Shown here in pieces: positions 15,836-28,379 of a stretch of DNA of 64,000 nt. Origin of the DNA: Octopus vulgaris (Eukaryota); contig OX597833.1 in NCBI GenBank assembly GCA_951406725.2, positions 45,012,001 through 45,076,000 of the forward strand. Reading direction: 5' to 3'. The translations under genes were made by a program, and so were the position numbers. The notes beneath the pieces were generated by a model. The model saw only the letters and a list, made by a program, of their open reading frames with translations. It was not told the DNA's origin and made no database searches. Position 1 is the stretch's first letter; every line of letters begins with the position of its first letter.

Positions 15836-18817
15836 CTTTAGACATACTTTCTGTGCCCTTGAAGTATTTGCAAAGGGAGGCCGTGCCTTCCTCGCAAGCC
15901 TGAGTGATACGCACGGACCGGTTTCGAGATTATTGTCTCTTATCAACGGGCGGTAACCACCAGGTCACGATGTTATTCTTTATTACCCATTAAGGGCTAC
16001 ACAGAGGGGACATTACAATACAGGACATGGGGTACATATTGTTACAGAACTCCCAGAAAGCTTGCTACGGAATCCCACCTGCCGTCGCTCGAACTCGTAC
16101 TCGGGATCCCAACAAGTCGAGCGACGACGATTGACCAGGCTCGAATCGATCGGCGAGTGTTCGCCACGGAACTCGGAGAAGAGAGAGATAACAACAACAA
16201 CAACAACAACAACAGCAGGAAGAGACACAGAGATACAGCGGAAGGCAATTGGCTACGTTTAACAACTAGTTTATATGACTATTACAACATCAAATACATT
16301 TAAAGATACATCAGGTAAATACAAGCAAGTAACAACACATCAAATGCAATAACAACAGCATTTCAAGAGTACACGTCGAATTAAACAACAAGTCAATACA
16401 TCATACAGTCCGGAGACAACAGTTCTGTTTCAAATCACATTAACATTACAGTTCAAAGGACATTAAAGGCATATACAGTTCAATGTTCATTACACAGTTC
16501 TCTTTTGCCTTAACAGTTCTGTAACACATATCAGCACAGTTCACATTGTTCTTTTTTTACTGTCTCATTTCTTTTACATTTCAATACATCGATTCTTTTT
16601 CCTTCTTTCTCTTCACATATCAATACAACAATTCACGTACCGTTTAGTTCCTACTATAATAGCCAATGCCTCATATTGTACCCCATCTCTCTTAGCACCG
16701 CTAAATCCAACTGCTAAACTGCTTGCCTTGAATACCAAATCCTCACTGCTAAATCCAACCGCTCGTCTTGACTCCCAAATACCGACTGCTAAAACCTCAC
16801 TTGCTCTGTCCTCCTGCTTTCTCACTACTCCAATCTCTCTCTGCTGGAACTCCCTCAGTTCCTTAATCTGTCCTCCTCAGCCCTCAACATTTCTCTCACT
16901 GTCTCTCACAAACTGAACTCTAATTCAACTGAAAGGGCCAAAGGTCCCCTAAAGGCCATCATTCTTCCGTGAACAAAGGACTATAACTTTGTATTCTAGA
17001 CTTTCAGTCGCCAAGTCAAGCAAAGTAGGTCGCCAGATCTGTCCTTAAGTTGAACCACAACAATATAATAAAAAAATCGAAAAGTATGGTATGACAATGA
17101 ATTATTTATAATGAATTAATGAAATGTCTTACGAGTTCCCCAAGCTCGCAGTTTCATTTAAATTACCATTGTGTTATTCAGGGCATTCATCTGTTATGTA
17201 TTCAAGTATTTCCTCCTGTTCTATAATCCCTGGCAAACTCTCGTACCGAACGTATTGCATTATGCATATACCTGTATACACTTTGCTCAGTTTCATCACT
17301 GTCTCTCTTTCCACAATCGCCGCCTTCACCTGGACATCAAACATTTCCGGATTTAATTTCACTCTGGTTAAATTTTTTATGTTTGCCAACTTCTCAATTT
17401 CCTTGTCCTTCTGGTACAACATTACCGCTTTCAGATTTCTTCCTTTTGGTCTACTTCCTTCCCTACATACTCTCAGCCAATCATCCACTTTACTTTCCCA
17501 TTTTTTTCCCTCCTCCTGCCGCCTTGAAACTTCACTCGCTTTCGTTTCAGTATCTTTCTCTTCGTGCGTTCGAACCTCTATCTCGTCAGTAGTCTTCTTT
17601 TTCGTTTTTTTCCCTTTTTTTTGTTGTACTTTAGGTGGTGATTCCACCCGCGTTCTCTTTCTATCTTCTTTTCCTTCTGTTCTTTCCTTTTCTTCCTCCT
17701 TCACCAACTCGTTACCACTTTCCACATTATCTGTAGTCACGATTTCCTCTTCCACATACGCATTTTGTAACTCCTCCGTCGAAGCCTCCAGTGTTATCGT
17801 TTTCTCCTGTACTTTCTTAGCGGACACATATCCTTCATGTGGCCTCTAATTTTGCATTTGTAACACACTGGGGGTCTCCCCTCCACCACGACTCTAAGAC
17901 GTGTCTCGTCGGGTAACACCAACTCCTCTGGGATGTTATACAGGTCTGGCATGGTTATGTGAATCAAAACCTGCACCGCATAACCCCACCACTTTACTTC
18001 TTTAGACTTATCTACTTTCAATGTATCACGCTCTCTTTGCAGTTGAATACCACTGCCGCTAAAATTCTTTCCATGTTCAGCTCCGGTGAAATTTTACTGA
18101 TTCGTATTCTTACTGCCCTTTTTCCACAATCGCTAGGTAGTAACACCCATTTTTCAGTTTTCAATATTTTCGTGGCATTCCTCTTCGCTTCGTCTTCGTT
18201 TTTAAAATGAACGACTACTGTTGCGTATTTTCTACCTCTATTGTAGAAGGTAGTTTCTCCTTCAATTCCCTGTAGACACCTCTCGATTTCCTCCGCCTCT
18301 GTCACTTCTATTTTCTTCGAAGCCACGCTCCACATTCTGTATGTTATAATACGCTTCTCTGCTTCTTTCGCTTCGTCTTCAGTTGGTGTGACCCTCACAC
18401 AATCACCTTCCTTCTTGAAGCTGTTGAAGTATCTCTTCAAATTCTCTTTCTCGACGACCACTTCTTCCAACTGCAGTTCGCTCGCAGCCAGACCCTTGCC
18501 TGCTGCTCCTGCATATGTTTGGGCTTGCATACTCGAAAAAAACCTCCAACAACTCTCCACGCCGTAACAGCTTCCAATAACGAAATCGAACTCACAACCG
18601 CGATACACAATAAACGTAATCCAAAATATCCGACACAAACAAAAAAACCTCCAGGTCGTGATGAAAGACAAGGCCTGCTTTGCAAATATATAAGAGTTTT
18701 TTCTAGTGACGTCTGCCACTGATTTCGAGAAACTGACTGTAAGCATTATTAAATCTCAGAGCGAGATGTAAACAGTAACCGCTCAACAATGTAAAGTATA
18801 AAAGCCATCTCAATATG
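15836..18817 (-). mobile_element. Gag/ORF1-only retroelement (Tx1/L1-like ORF1 with CCHC knuckle, frameshifted); no RT; 3' AATAAA plus hammerhead-like motif
   Basis: ORF pieces 18018-18746, 17794-18021 (RVVVEGRPPVCYKCKIRGHMKDMCP) and 17174-17827 (K/E-rich) join through frameshifts. No EN/RT motifs in 15836-17170. GCTGG direct repeat at 15831-15835 and 18818-18822. Confidence 0.7.
15910..15952 (-). ncRNA. Degenerate minimal hammerhead motif
   Basis: Minus strand cgcccg-TTGATAA-gaga caataa tctc-GAAAC-cg-GTC-cgtgcg; stems I and II pair; core differs from CTGATGA by two transitions. Confidence 0.6.
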
Positions 18818-18978
18818 GCTGGAGCACCGCCTTTAGTCGAGCAAATCGACCCCGGGACTTATTCTTTGTAAGCCCAGGACTTATTCTATCGGTCTCTTTT
18901 TGCCGAACCACTAAGTTACGGGGACGTAAACACACCAGCATCGGTTGTCAAGCTAGGGGGACAAACACAGACACAAAA

Positions 18979-19020
<42 letters not shown>
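18818..19020 (-). mobile_element. 3' half of a family A SINE (split copy)
   Basis: Reverse complement matches 11810-11983; the head half is at 21770-21951. Confidence 0.85.
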
Positions 19021-19039
<19 letters not shown>

Positions 19040-19041
<2 letters not shown>

Positions 19042-20832
19042 CTACAAAATTAGAGAATGGAGAAACATACTTAAATCAGTAAAACATCAACTATCCGATG
19101 ATACTCAATCCATACTTTAGTACACCATTACATATGAGTAAAGGCAATATATAAAATGAAATGAGATACACAGTAATAGTAAAAGTAAAAAGATAAAGAG
19201 ATATAAGTAAAAAATTTCAAATATAATATGCAAATAAATCAAAACTGACAGCTGTTTCGGCAGTGAGGACAGTCATACCTCATTTAACCTATAAGCCATA
19301 AAGGCAGGTATAAATGAGGCATTAACAAGGATGCCCCACGGCCTCTTCAGAGAATTAAATTAAATTTGATATAATAGTGAAAAATATTATATAATCATAT
19401 ACATATAAATATAAATATAAAAATAAAAAAATACTAGCTCTAGATAATGTAATGATATTGTATAATATGTAATATATGAGAGCCTTTTGTGAGTTTGGTG
19501 GGTTTAGGTTGAGATTATAGGTTTTTTGTATGTGTTTATTTGGAAGGTTTTTATTATATATTTGGTCTTTTTGTACTCACCTTAATTTGTATCTTATGCT
19601 ATTCACTGATAAACCTTTTTCATTTTTTTTCATTTTCTCATTTACATGCATTTTGCTTTATAATTATTACCAGCCTCATATATTTAGTTTATATCTATAG
19701 TCCTCTGGATCTGTACTTTAAACTATCCTTCCATACATATTTACTTTCAACAATATAAAATATATATATTCACTTTATTTATTTTTATTTATTTCCCATT
19801 TTATTGTAATATTATCAATCTTTGCATCTAGTCTTCTATTCATTTATTTATTTGCCTATTTAAGTGTAGATGTTTACATACATATCAAGTCATCTAATTT
19901 GTTACCTATTTATTTTTTACTTATTTACTTATACTGGTGTAGTTTTATACATACATATCTATCATTTATTTTTATTTAATTTTAATAATATATGAATACA
20001 TATATACTAGTTTGTACTTATAATTATGTGTATAACCGTATTTATTCCTTCGTATTTATTCCTTTTTATTTATTTTATCTCTTTTCATCTTAAGTCTTTA
20101 TAATATAAAATTTATTTAAAATTTCTGTGATGTTCTCATAAGCGTTTACATTAATACTTCCCTTCTATTCTTTAATGCCTAAACTGGTATATTATGGCAC
20201 TATATTTATTAAGTTAATAAGTGACTTATTTATAATATTTAAATTAATATATATTTTATATTTTATATTTTATAATTTAGCGTACTTAAAATCATAACAA
20301 ACTTACGATAAACCTAACAACCGTATGTTTACTCTGTAACAAACCGGTGTTATAAATTTTAAGTTACCCATGAAATAATTATCTGAATTAGTAACATACT
20401 GATATTTAAAAATATATTTATATCTAAATTAAATATTTTATAGAATGCATGGATGGTTCTTTTTTTGTTATTGAGGCTCAGTTATAATTTTGAAGGACTA
20501 AATGTTAGCATAGTTGCTTCCCTTTTTTGTTTATCTAAGTGCTAGTTGTTGCTTGTGATTGTGTATGTGTATAAGTCTATGTATATACATATAACTATGT
20601 GTGTATGTGCGTTTGATCTGTAGATGCGTGTGTGAATATTGGCGTTCCTTGACTAACCAACCGTATAATTTTCTTTTGTGATTTAAATTTCAAACCAATA
20701 GCCAATCGAATTAATCTAAATTTTCTTTACCTAGTGGTCAGCATTTCTTAACTCATAGTTATTTCGATCTTGAAAGGATGGACTTGGTGCTAACTTAACT
20801 GTATCTATTTTTAGTATTTTTTATTATTATTA

Positions 20833-20882
<50 letters not shown>

Positions 20883-20968
20883 AGTAATTTTTATTAACTT
20901 TTATAGCTTTAGAATTTTATGAACTGTACCACGGATTTAATTATTATTTTTCATCTCCATATGTGTTA

Positions 20969-21011
<43 letters not shown>

Positions 21012-21745
21012 AAAACTATTAGCCAAATATGTATAATATCGGTACTTATTAATATTAATATATACACTGTTATATATTTTGTTTTATTTTGTTCTGTTTA
21101 CCTTCCTTTTTGTACAAATGTGTATTATATTATATAAGTGTAGCATTATGATGTATAAGTTTTTATATTTTACATATTTTATATTTTACATTTTTATATT
21201 TTTATATTTATATGTATATGATTATATAATATTTTTCACTATTATATCAAATTTAATTTAATTCTCTGAAGAGGCCGTGGGGCATCCTTGTTAATGCCTC
21301 ATTTATACCTGCCTTTATGGCTTATAGGTTAAATGAGGTATGACTGTCCTCACTGCCGAAACAGCTGTCAGTTTTGATTTATTTGCATATTATATTTGAA
21401 ATTTTTTACTTATATCTCTTTATCTTTTTACTTTTACTATTACTGTGTATCTCATTTCATTTTATATATTGCCTTTACTCATATGTAATGGTGTACTAAA
21501 GTATGGATTGAGTATCATCGGATAGTTGATGTTTTACTGATTTAAGTATGTTTCTCCATTCTCTAATTTTGTAGTATTAATTTACGGTAATATTATTACC
21601 TTTACCCATTTAATACAATAGATGAACTGATTGCTTGACAATTTTTAACATCTATGTATTAATTTTGTTGGGTACCTATCTAGCAGTATATTGGATATAT
21701 ATTATCCCATGGTGGGTTGAATTTTCAACCCCTATCTCATTTTAT
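19040..21745. mobile_element. Non-coding foldback element B: ~385-bp inverted arms (19040-19425 / 21190-21576), each with a hammerhead motif; same family as element A
   Basis: Arms essentially identical in reverse complement; shares internal motif aaccaaccgta...tagccaatc and terminal tail with element A; sits inside the TA tract of a SINE. Confidence 0.8.
21262..21373 (+). ncRNA. Hammerhead motif with long stem-II insert (mirror copy 19243-19354 on minus)
   Basis: ct-CTGAAGA-ggc...gcc-GAAAC-agct-GTC-ag; core intact, stem I short. Confidence 0.68.
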
Positions 21746-21769
21746 AACCTATATATATATATATACATA

Positions 21770-21951
21770 TATACGACAGGCTTCTTTCAGTTTCCGTCTA
21801 CCAAATCCACTCACAAGGCATTGGTCGGCCTGGGGCTATAGCAGAAGACACTTGCCCAAGATGTCACGCAGTGGGACTGAACCCGGAACCATGTGGTTGG
21901 TTAGCAACCCGGAACCATGTGGTTGTACTTACCACACAGCCACTCCTGCAC
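21770..21951 (-). mobile_element. 5' (tRNA head) half of the split family A SINE
   Basis: Reverse complement matches 11618-11780, with a small internal duplication (aacccggaaccatgtggttg twice). Confidence 0.87.
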
Positions 21952-23914
21952 CTAAATAAGGAAAAAAATAGGAAAAATTACATTAAAATTTTGGAATTGA
22001 AATCAGTGAAACCAGATCCAGTTCTGTGTAATACGACTTTTCTTCCTATACTACAAAAAAAAAAAACCGTTTGAAAAAGTATATGCTGAAACTATTTTCT
22101 ATACAAAAGATGGGAAATAATGTGTGACTCTTTAGTTTTTGGTGTTCCCATATGCTTACGTAAATTATATATGCCAAAGTCACCATAAGAATATGTATAT
22201 TAATATTATTTCAGTTGAACTATATTACAAAAACATTTATTCTGTAAAAAAAAATTATCATGTTTTTATTTTTCATACATATAAACACAGAATAAAACTA
22301 TTCTTGACTTGTTTTAATTGCACAAAGTATATATTCCAGTTGTGTATCCTGTTGCTGCTGAGTAATTTTCACACTAGAATGCCTTGGCAGATTTTCAGAA
22401 CAGCACAACTACATTAGTTGGATTTTCTTATGGGGATTTTCAATTTTTATTTTTTCACACCTTCGCAAATGATGGGGATGGGGAGTACTTTCCACGAAGA
22501 GAATTTTTTGAAAATTTATGATTCCCCACTCCTTCTGGATTGATTTTGTTCAAATTCTTTTTTTGGATCAATCACTTAAAAAGATTTGGAGATGCCTTTG
22601 CAGATTAAAAAAGAAAAGGGAAATTTTTTTCAGTTTTTTTCAAACCCCTTTCCCCCACTTAGTACCCATTTTGGCCAATGTTTCCCCCACTCAGAACCAA
22701 TTTTGGCCAACACACTTAAAACGATGGGAAAAACCTTGAAGGTACAAAACATAAAATTTGGGAAATCAGTGATCACCATCACAATTCTCACATTATTTTC
22801 AAAGAGAAAATGAAACATAATTTAAAAACAATAAAGAAATTTTTTCCTAACTCTGCCCCTCCATATATCCTAACATTTTGGCTTTTTTTAATCACTAGAC
22901 TACCAATGACCTTTTGGGACACTGATGGTTTAGGTTATAAAACATTGAAGCTGATATCAACATTGCATTGAAATGAAAGTTAATTTTATGATGATTCAGT
23001 TAAATATTTCAATTCGTTCGTGTCATCATAGGACTGGTTCACAAGTTCATGCTTTAAAGCGTCAGATTCATGAACTCTCCTGCCTCTGTCTCCTTCCCTC
23101 TGTTCCACCAGATGCTCAGCTCTCCAAGCACCTGATTAATGATCTCTCCTGCTTCTGACCCTTTCCTTCTGTTCCAGCAGATCCTCAGCCCTTCCTTTTT
23201 CAGTCTCATTGATCCTTCTATTCGCATACCTGTCCTGATCCTGTTGTTGGCATTCACCACTATACTGCTCACGTTCTTTGGTTCTCTTTAGCCATGCTCT
23301 CTTCCCACTATCTACAGACCAACCAGATGTTTTCTTTCTTCTTCATCAAGACATAATCTAAGAATACAAGATTGTATTTACCATACAAAAAAAAATTCCT
23401 ACTACCTCAAAAAATATCTTTTTTAAATCATTACTTAATAATGTTCCTAAATAATTAAAATAGTGTCTGTTTAAAGAGGGATAAATATAAATATTTACTC
23501 TATAAACAACTTGTATTTTTCAAATCATATTCACTCAGAAGTACTTTTTAATAAGCTGTACAAGCAATTTGTATTTTTTAGGGTTATGTTACTTTTGGAG
23601 TATTTTCCCATTATGGGCTGTTTTGGCTATTTATGAAGATGCCCCAAAAAACCATATATTTCGGGAATCCATGGTCTGATTTAAGCAAAACGTGTTTTAT
23701 TCCATTTCTATTCACATTTCAGAGGTACCTTACTTTCAGAGTATTTTCCCATTATGCACTGGTTTGGCTGTACTAAATTACAGACAAGCATGCATGGAAA
23801 CAATCACAGAGTTTAAGTAGTATATAGATAGTTTCAAAATATGGACAATCCAAATCTACAATTTGTTTCTATTTATAATTTCAAAATAATTTTCTAACAA
23901 AAAGGTGATTTATT

Positions 23915-24126
23915 GCTTTAGCATTCAGATTCCTGTCATACTCATTCACAATGATTTGAACTATTCATGCATTATCTTGTAACTTATAGATTTCAATGAT
24001 GTGATTGTTTATGTCTTTAATGACATTGTTAGATAGTTGTGAGTGGCCAGATTAGCAAGTTTCAACATAAAATAAGAAGAAAATTTTGGGCCGGATATGA
24101 CTGGTTTAAATGCTATAAAGGGTTAA
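23915..24126. mobile_element. piggyBac-like MITE (~210 bp; copies at 39450-39660 and 41620-41833)
   Basis: Three diverged copies; composite termini TTAA-CCCTTTAGCATT ... AATGCTAAAGGG-TTAA. Confidence 0.55.
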
Positions 24127-24244
24127 GGGAGATTTAGTTAGTGTTTCTAGCACATCTCACGACCGCCTGATACCATCCACATATCTTTGTCATTCTAACA
24201 TGTATTGATGCTTTTCAATATTTTTCTTTCTGCAGATACATTTT

Positions 24245-25080
24245 TGTTGTGAGAATAATAGTAATAATGGTACACCCGTCCCATAAGATGAGTGGTATGT
24301 GGTAGTCACTATAAATAAGTGACATTGGTTAGTGTAGAGGGAGAGTACGCAGTTGAGGGTTTAGATAGTTGTGGTCTTTACTTGTCTTACTAACTATACT
24401 GCTACACCAGAGTGGGCATTATAACAATCTGAAATTAAGGATTACAACAGTGGCAACGAGGGTTAGAAGGAATTAACAAACTCAAGTTTTTTTGTGTGAA
24501 TTTTATGGAAGGAAAATAAGTAAAATTATGGAAAATTTGTTGGCCAGATTGCTTGAGTTGAAAAGACAGTAACAACTGAAAGAACAAAACAGCAGCAGCT
24601 ACAACTTCAAGAACAACAGCAGAAGCAAAAACAATTACTATTACAGCAACAAATGCTGCAATTAATGAAGAGTAAGTCGTCAGGAAATTCTGAGAAAATG
24701 TTCTTGCTAGATTATATTGCAAACTCAATAACAGAGTTGAAGTATGAACCAGACAAAGGGGTTACCTTTGAGGCGTACTATAGAAGATACAAACAAATCT
24801 TCAATAAAAAGAGCAAAGATTGGGATGATGATATGAAAAGGCATTTAATCTTGAGAAAACTGGCAGCAGGAGAACATGAACATTACAGCAATTATGTACT
24901 CCCGAGAAAACCTTCTGACATAAACTTTAAAGATACAAAAGACATATTGTATAAAATTTTTAGTGAGGAAAGCTTATTGTTCAATATACATTGGAAATGT
25001 TTGAGCCTAGAAAAGAACAACAAGGATGGCTACATCACATATTCTTGAAGAGTTAACAGGGAATGTGAAAAGTTCACATG
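24245..25080 (+). mobile_element. Gypsy-like LTR retrotransposon 5' fragment: LTR 24245-24449, PBS, gag remnant
   Basis: LTR bounded by TGTTGT...ACAACA and followed by gTGGCAACGAGG (PBS-like); ORF 24653-25048 ITELKYEPDKGVTFEAYYRRY...LILRKL...YVLPRKP is gag-like; cut off by a Helitron at 25081. Confidence 0.75.
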
Positions 25081-25804
25081 TCTCTGTATATATAAAAGGC
25101 AGGATGTGTGTGTGTGTATGTGAATATAATTTATCCACGTCCACAAATTAGCACGCATGTTGCTTCAATTTTAGGAGGACATTCATCATGACCCTAGCTG
25201 TATTTTCGTCAACTTATTTTGCCCAGAGGCACCAGCAAATAGCAGTAAAAATAAAATTTCAACCAAAACTTTTAACAATTTTCAAGTCAGAGAAATCGCC
25301 ATTGTTTGCAAACAGGAGTTAAGTCCCCTTCTAGCGATGAGTAAGTTTTTGTTCAGACTCTTGTTTTGTTTTTTTTTTCCATTGAAGAAAAATGTTTGAT
25401 TGAGTGACAGGCAACACACACACACACACACACACAAACATGTATGCATACAAAAAATATGTATGCTATAGGTGTATGTATGTGTGTGTGTGAGTGTTGC
25501 CCATATATATATATGACTGTGGATTTCCACCTCGGCATCCAAAACTCAGAGTTTTATCTTGGCTACTGAATAATTGTTACATATTCATTTACAGATAAAT
25601 TCCTCTATTTACATAATATTGAGGTCTCTTTCTTTCTTTTGTTATCTTACCATTTTTACAAATATATATATATATAAATAAATCAATTTCAACGGATTTT
25701 GCCAAAATTTGACGTTGATGTTACTTAGTTTGGTTTGAAATAAAGAACTTGATGAGCTTAATAATCCTAACTTAATCCCGGGCAAAGCCAGATTATACTG
25801 CTAG
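25081..25804 (+). mobile_element. Non-autonomous Helitron-like element (second family)
   Basis: 5' TC...tatatataaaaggcaggatgtgtgtg; 3' GC-rich subterminal hairpin (cccgggcaaagccag) then CTAG|T. Confidence 0.6.
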
Positions 25805-25806
25805 TA

Positions 25807-26254
25807 AATATATCAATTTCTACCAGATCAGTTACCCAGGCAGAGTCAGTCAATCCCATTGTTGTGTGGAACATGTCCAGCCTATCCTTTCTCAGTCACT
25901 ACTTTGCTTCAAATTTAATAACTGACTTTCTAGCAGCTAATACTAGATCTACTTCTTGAAGTAGCTCAGAGTTTTCATTGCGTATATAAGTGCTTTGTTG
26001 AGGAGGATGGAGTTAATAGAGGCATAGAAGCTGGATATATCCAACTGTGCAAATTTAATTTTCTTTGCTATAATTCTATCAAACCAATTGATTGCCTCAT
26101 ATGAACTGTACCAGAGATTTAGTTTTGTCATGTTCCTAAGTGTAGGTATACATTTATCAATAATGTGTTTGCTTATTCTACCTAAGTCAGACTTCGAAGG
26201 GTATATTAGCCTAATAGATATGTTAGTGTTAACTAACAAAAATACTAACTCCAC
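25807..26254 (-). pseudogene. Penelope-like (Naiad-type) RT N-terminal fragment
   Basis: IRLIYPSKSDLGRISKHIID...W...AINWF...LDISSFYASI...LLNKAL, continuing with stops into MFHTTMGLTDSA. Confidence 0.78.
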
Positions 26255-26286
26255 TCAGTTCTTTGAGACTGGCCAAAGCTTCTTGA

Positions 26287-26370
26287 GACCCTGAAGAAGC
26301 TGAACTGATAATCGTGACAGGTTGCATCTGCAAATGTTAGTAGTCCATGCAGTGGAAACATGTGTAGGTT
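26287..26370 (+). ncRNA. Hammerhead motif (inverted pLTR upstream of the RT fragment)
   Basis: gacc-CTGAAGA-agctg...cagtg-GAAAC-atgt-GTA-ggtt. Confidence 0.6.
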
Positions 26371-26499
26371 ATTGTAATATGCTGTATAAAATTGTAAAAT
26401 AAAAGAAAATAAATTTTGAGGATGAACAAGTCTCCATACTCTTTATAATTATTACTAATATATATATATATATATATAACAAAGTGAAGTTGTAAGGTA

Positions 26500-26850
26500 C
26501 TGCCCGAGTGGAAATATATATAAGAAAGAAGGTTTGAAAATGCAATTTTAAAGATGTTTATTCACTTGACTGGTTTCACTTTTTTAGAAAAAAATTGTCA
26601 AAAGTAAAATGTAAAGCTTTGTATAAGCTTTGTTGCGTTAAGTATTAGTTGTCACAAAAGTATTAAAATACATACATATATTCTTTGATAATAGTAAGAA
26701 AATGTTATAAACAGTTACAAGAAAGTATTTAAGATAAGATTCAGAAAAAAGTACTAGGAGTTCAATAAAAATCATGTTTGTTTGGTAGTATACACAGGAG
26801 ATATATTTAAGAGTTTACAAAGAATTTGAGAGGAACCAACCTGTCTTCCT
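26500..26850 (-). repeat. Dispersed pLTR-like repeat homologous to 56390-56715
   Basis: Reverse-complement match (gaaggtttgaaaatgcaatttt...cacttgactggtttc versus gaaaccggtcaagtg...caaaaccttc). Confidence 0.6.
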
Positions 26851-26989
26851 AGCATTTTTTATTTTGTATGTAGCTAAGGATTGTTTGCTATTTTAAGGGA
26901 CAGTGTGGGAGGTTAGTTGGGGTGGGGGGAAGGAAGAGCAATGTGGAATTAAAAGGATTTTTTTGTTTCTGGGCTAGTCTATCATGGTT

Positions 26990-28370
26990 CAGTGGTTTTT
27001 GGGACTGGTCTGAGAGATCAGAATGGTGTGACTGTGTGTCTCTGTGCACGTCTCTATGTGTGTGTATATAAACATGTGTTTGTGTGTTTGATTGGTCCCA
27101 GAGTTTATTGTGGTGTGTGTAAATGGGTCTGTGTGTGTTTTATATTTGGTAGGATGGTGTGTGTATATGTGTGCACGTTTGTGTGTGTATGAGTGTCATT
27201 AATATTTGTTAGGGTGTTGTGTGTGTGTATGTGTTGTTCCCATGTGTGTATGTGTGTGTCTGTGGATGTGTGTACATGTGTGTGTGTGTTTGTGTGTGTA
27301 CATGAGTGTGAGTGTTTGTGTGTGTCTGTCTGAATATGCTTGTCTTGTTATAATTGTCCTGGTGTTGTGTGTGCGCATATGTGTGTATATGTGTTAGTTC
27401 GTGTGTATGTATGTGTGCATCTGTGTGTGTGCACGTGTATGTTTATGTGTTGTTTTGTGTTGGTGGGGATGTTATGTGTGTGCATGTGTGTGTGTGTGTG
27501 AGTGAGTATGTGTGTGTCTCTGTCTGAGTATGTTTATGTTGTTTTAATTGTCCTTGTGGTGTGTGTGTGTGAGGGTGCATATGTATGTGTGTGTATGCAT
27601 GGGTGTGTATGTGTGTGTAAGTGTGTTGTATTTATCAGGGGTTCTGTGTGTATGCATGTGTGTTTTGTGTATGTTGGTGCTGAGTATGCATTTGTGTGTG
27701 TGTATATATGTGGGTATGGTTTATGTAGTTTCCGTGTGTGTGTGTGTGTGCTGCATTTGTGAGTGATTTGTTTTGTTTGTATTGTTAGTGCAGTATATGT
27801 GTATACGTGTGGGTGTGTTTGTGTGAGTGTGTCTATGTGTCTTGTATTTGTCGGGGAGGTGTGCATGCTTGTGTGTATGTGTGTTTGTGAGTATTGTGGT
27901 TGTTAGGATTGTATTGTGTCTATATGTGTGTGTTTTTTCTTTTGAGTGTGTGTGTGTGATTTTTTTACTGGGGAATGGACATATTGTGTGTGTGGGTTGT
28001 GTTGTATTTGAATGTTTGTGTGTGTATCTGTGTGTGTGTGTGGATGTGTTTGTGTGAATGTTGTTTGTAATTGTCGGGGTGGTGTGTGTAGGTGTGTGCA
28101 TGTACATGTTTACATATGTGTGTATGTGTGTGTGAGTGTTGGTTATGGTTGCTAGAATCGTATTGCAAGTGTATATATGTATGTGTTTTTTCATGGCGTG
28201 TGTGTCGGTTTGTGCTCTAGTGTGGGGATATTGTGTTTGTGCATGTGTGTATATGTATGTGTGCGCGTTTGGGTCGGAGGTTTGCATTGTTTTTGTGTGT
28301 GTGTGATTTTGTATATCTATATGTGTTTCTGTGTGTGTTTGTTTTGGATGTTTACCTGGGGGTATGTTAG
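26990..28370. repeat. Degenerate TG-rich low-complexity tract
   Basis: Interrupted (TG)n with strong G/T strand skew. Confidence 0.9.
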
Positions 28371-28379
28371 AGTGTGTTG

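Noticed and set aside
17124-17849. 241-aa plus-strand hydrophobic ORF
   Set aside because: Antisense shadow of the purine-rich K/E tail of the minus-strand gag-like ORF.
21960-23830. Possible further Helitron-like element with a short direct repeat (23589-23628 / 23730-23769)
   Set aside because: Only a weak 5'-end resemblance near 23829; no second copy or clear 3' end in the window.
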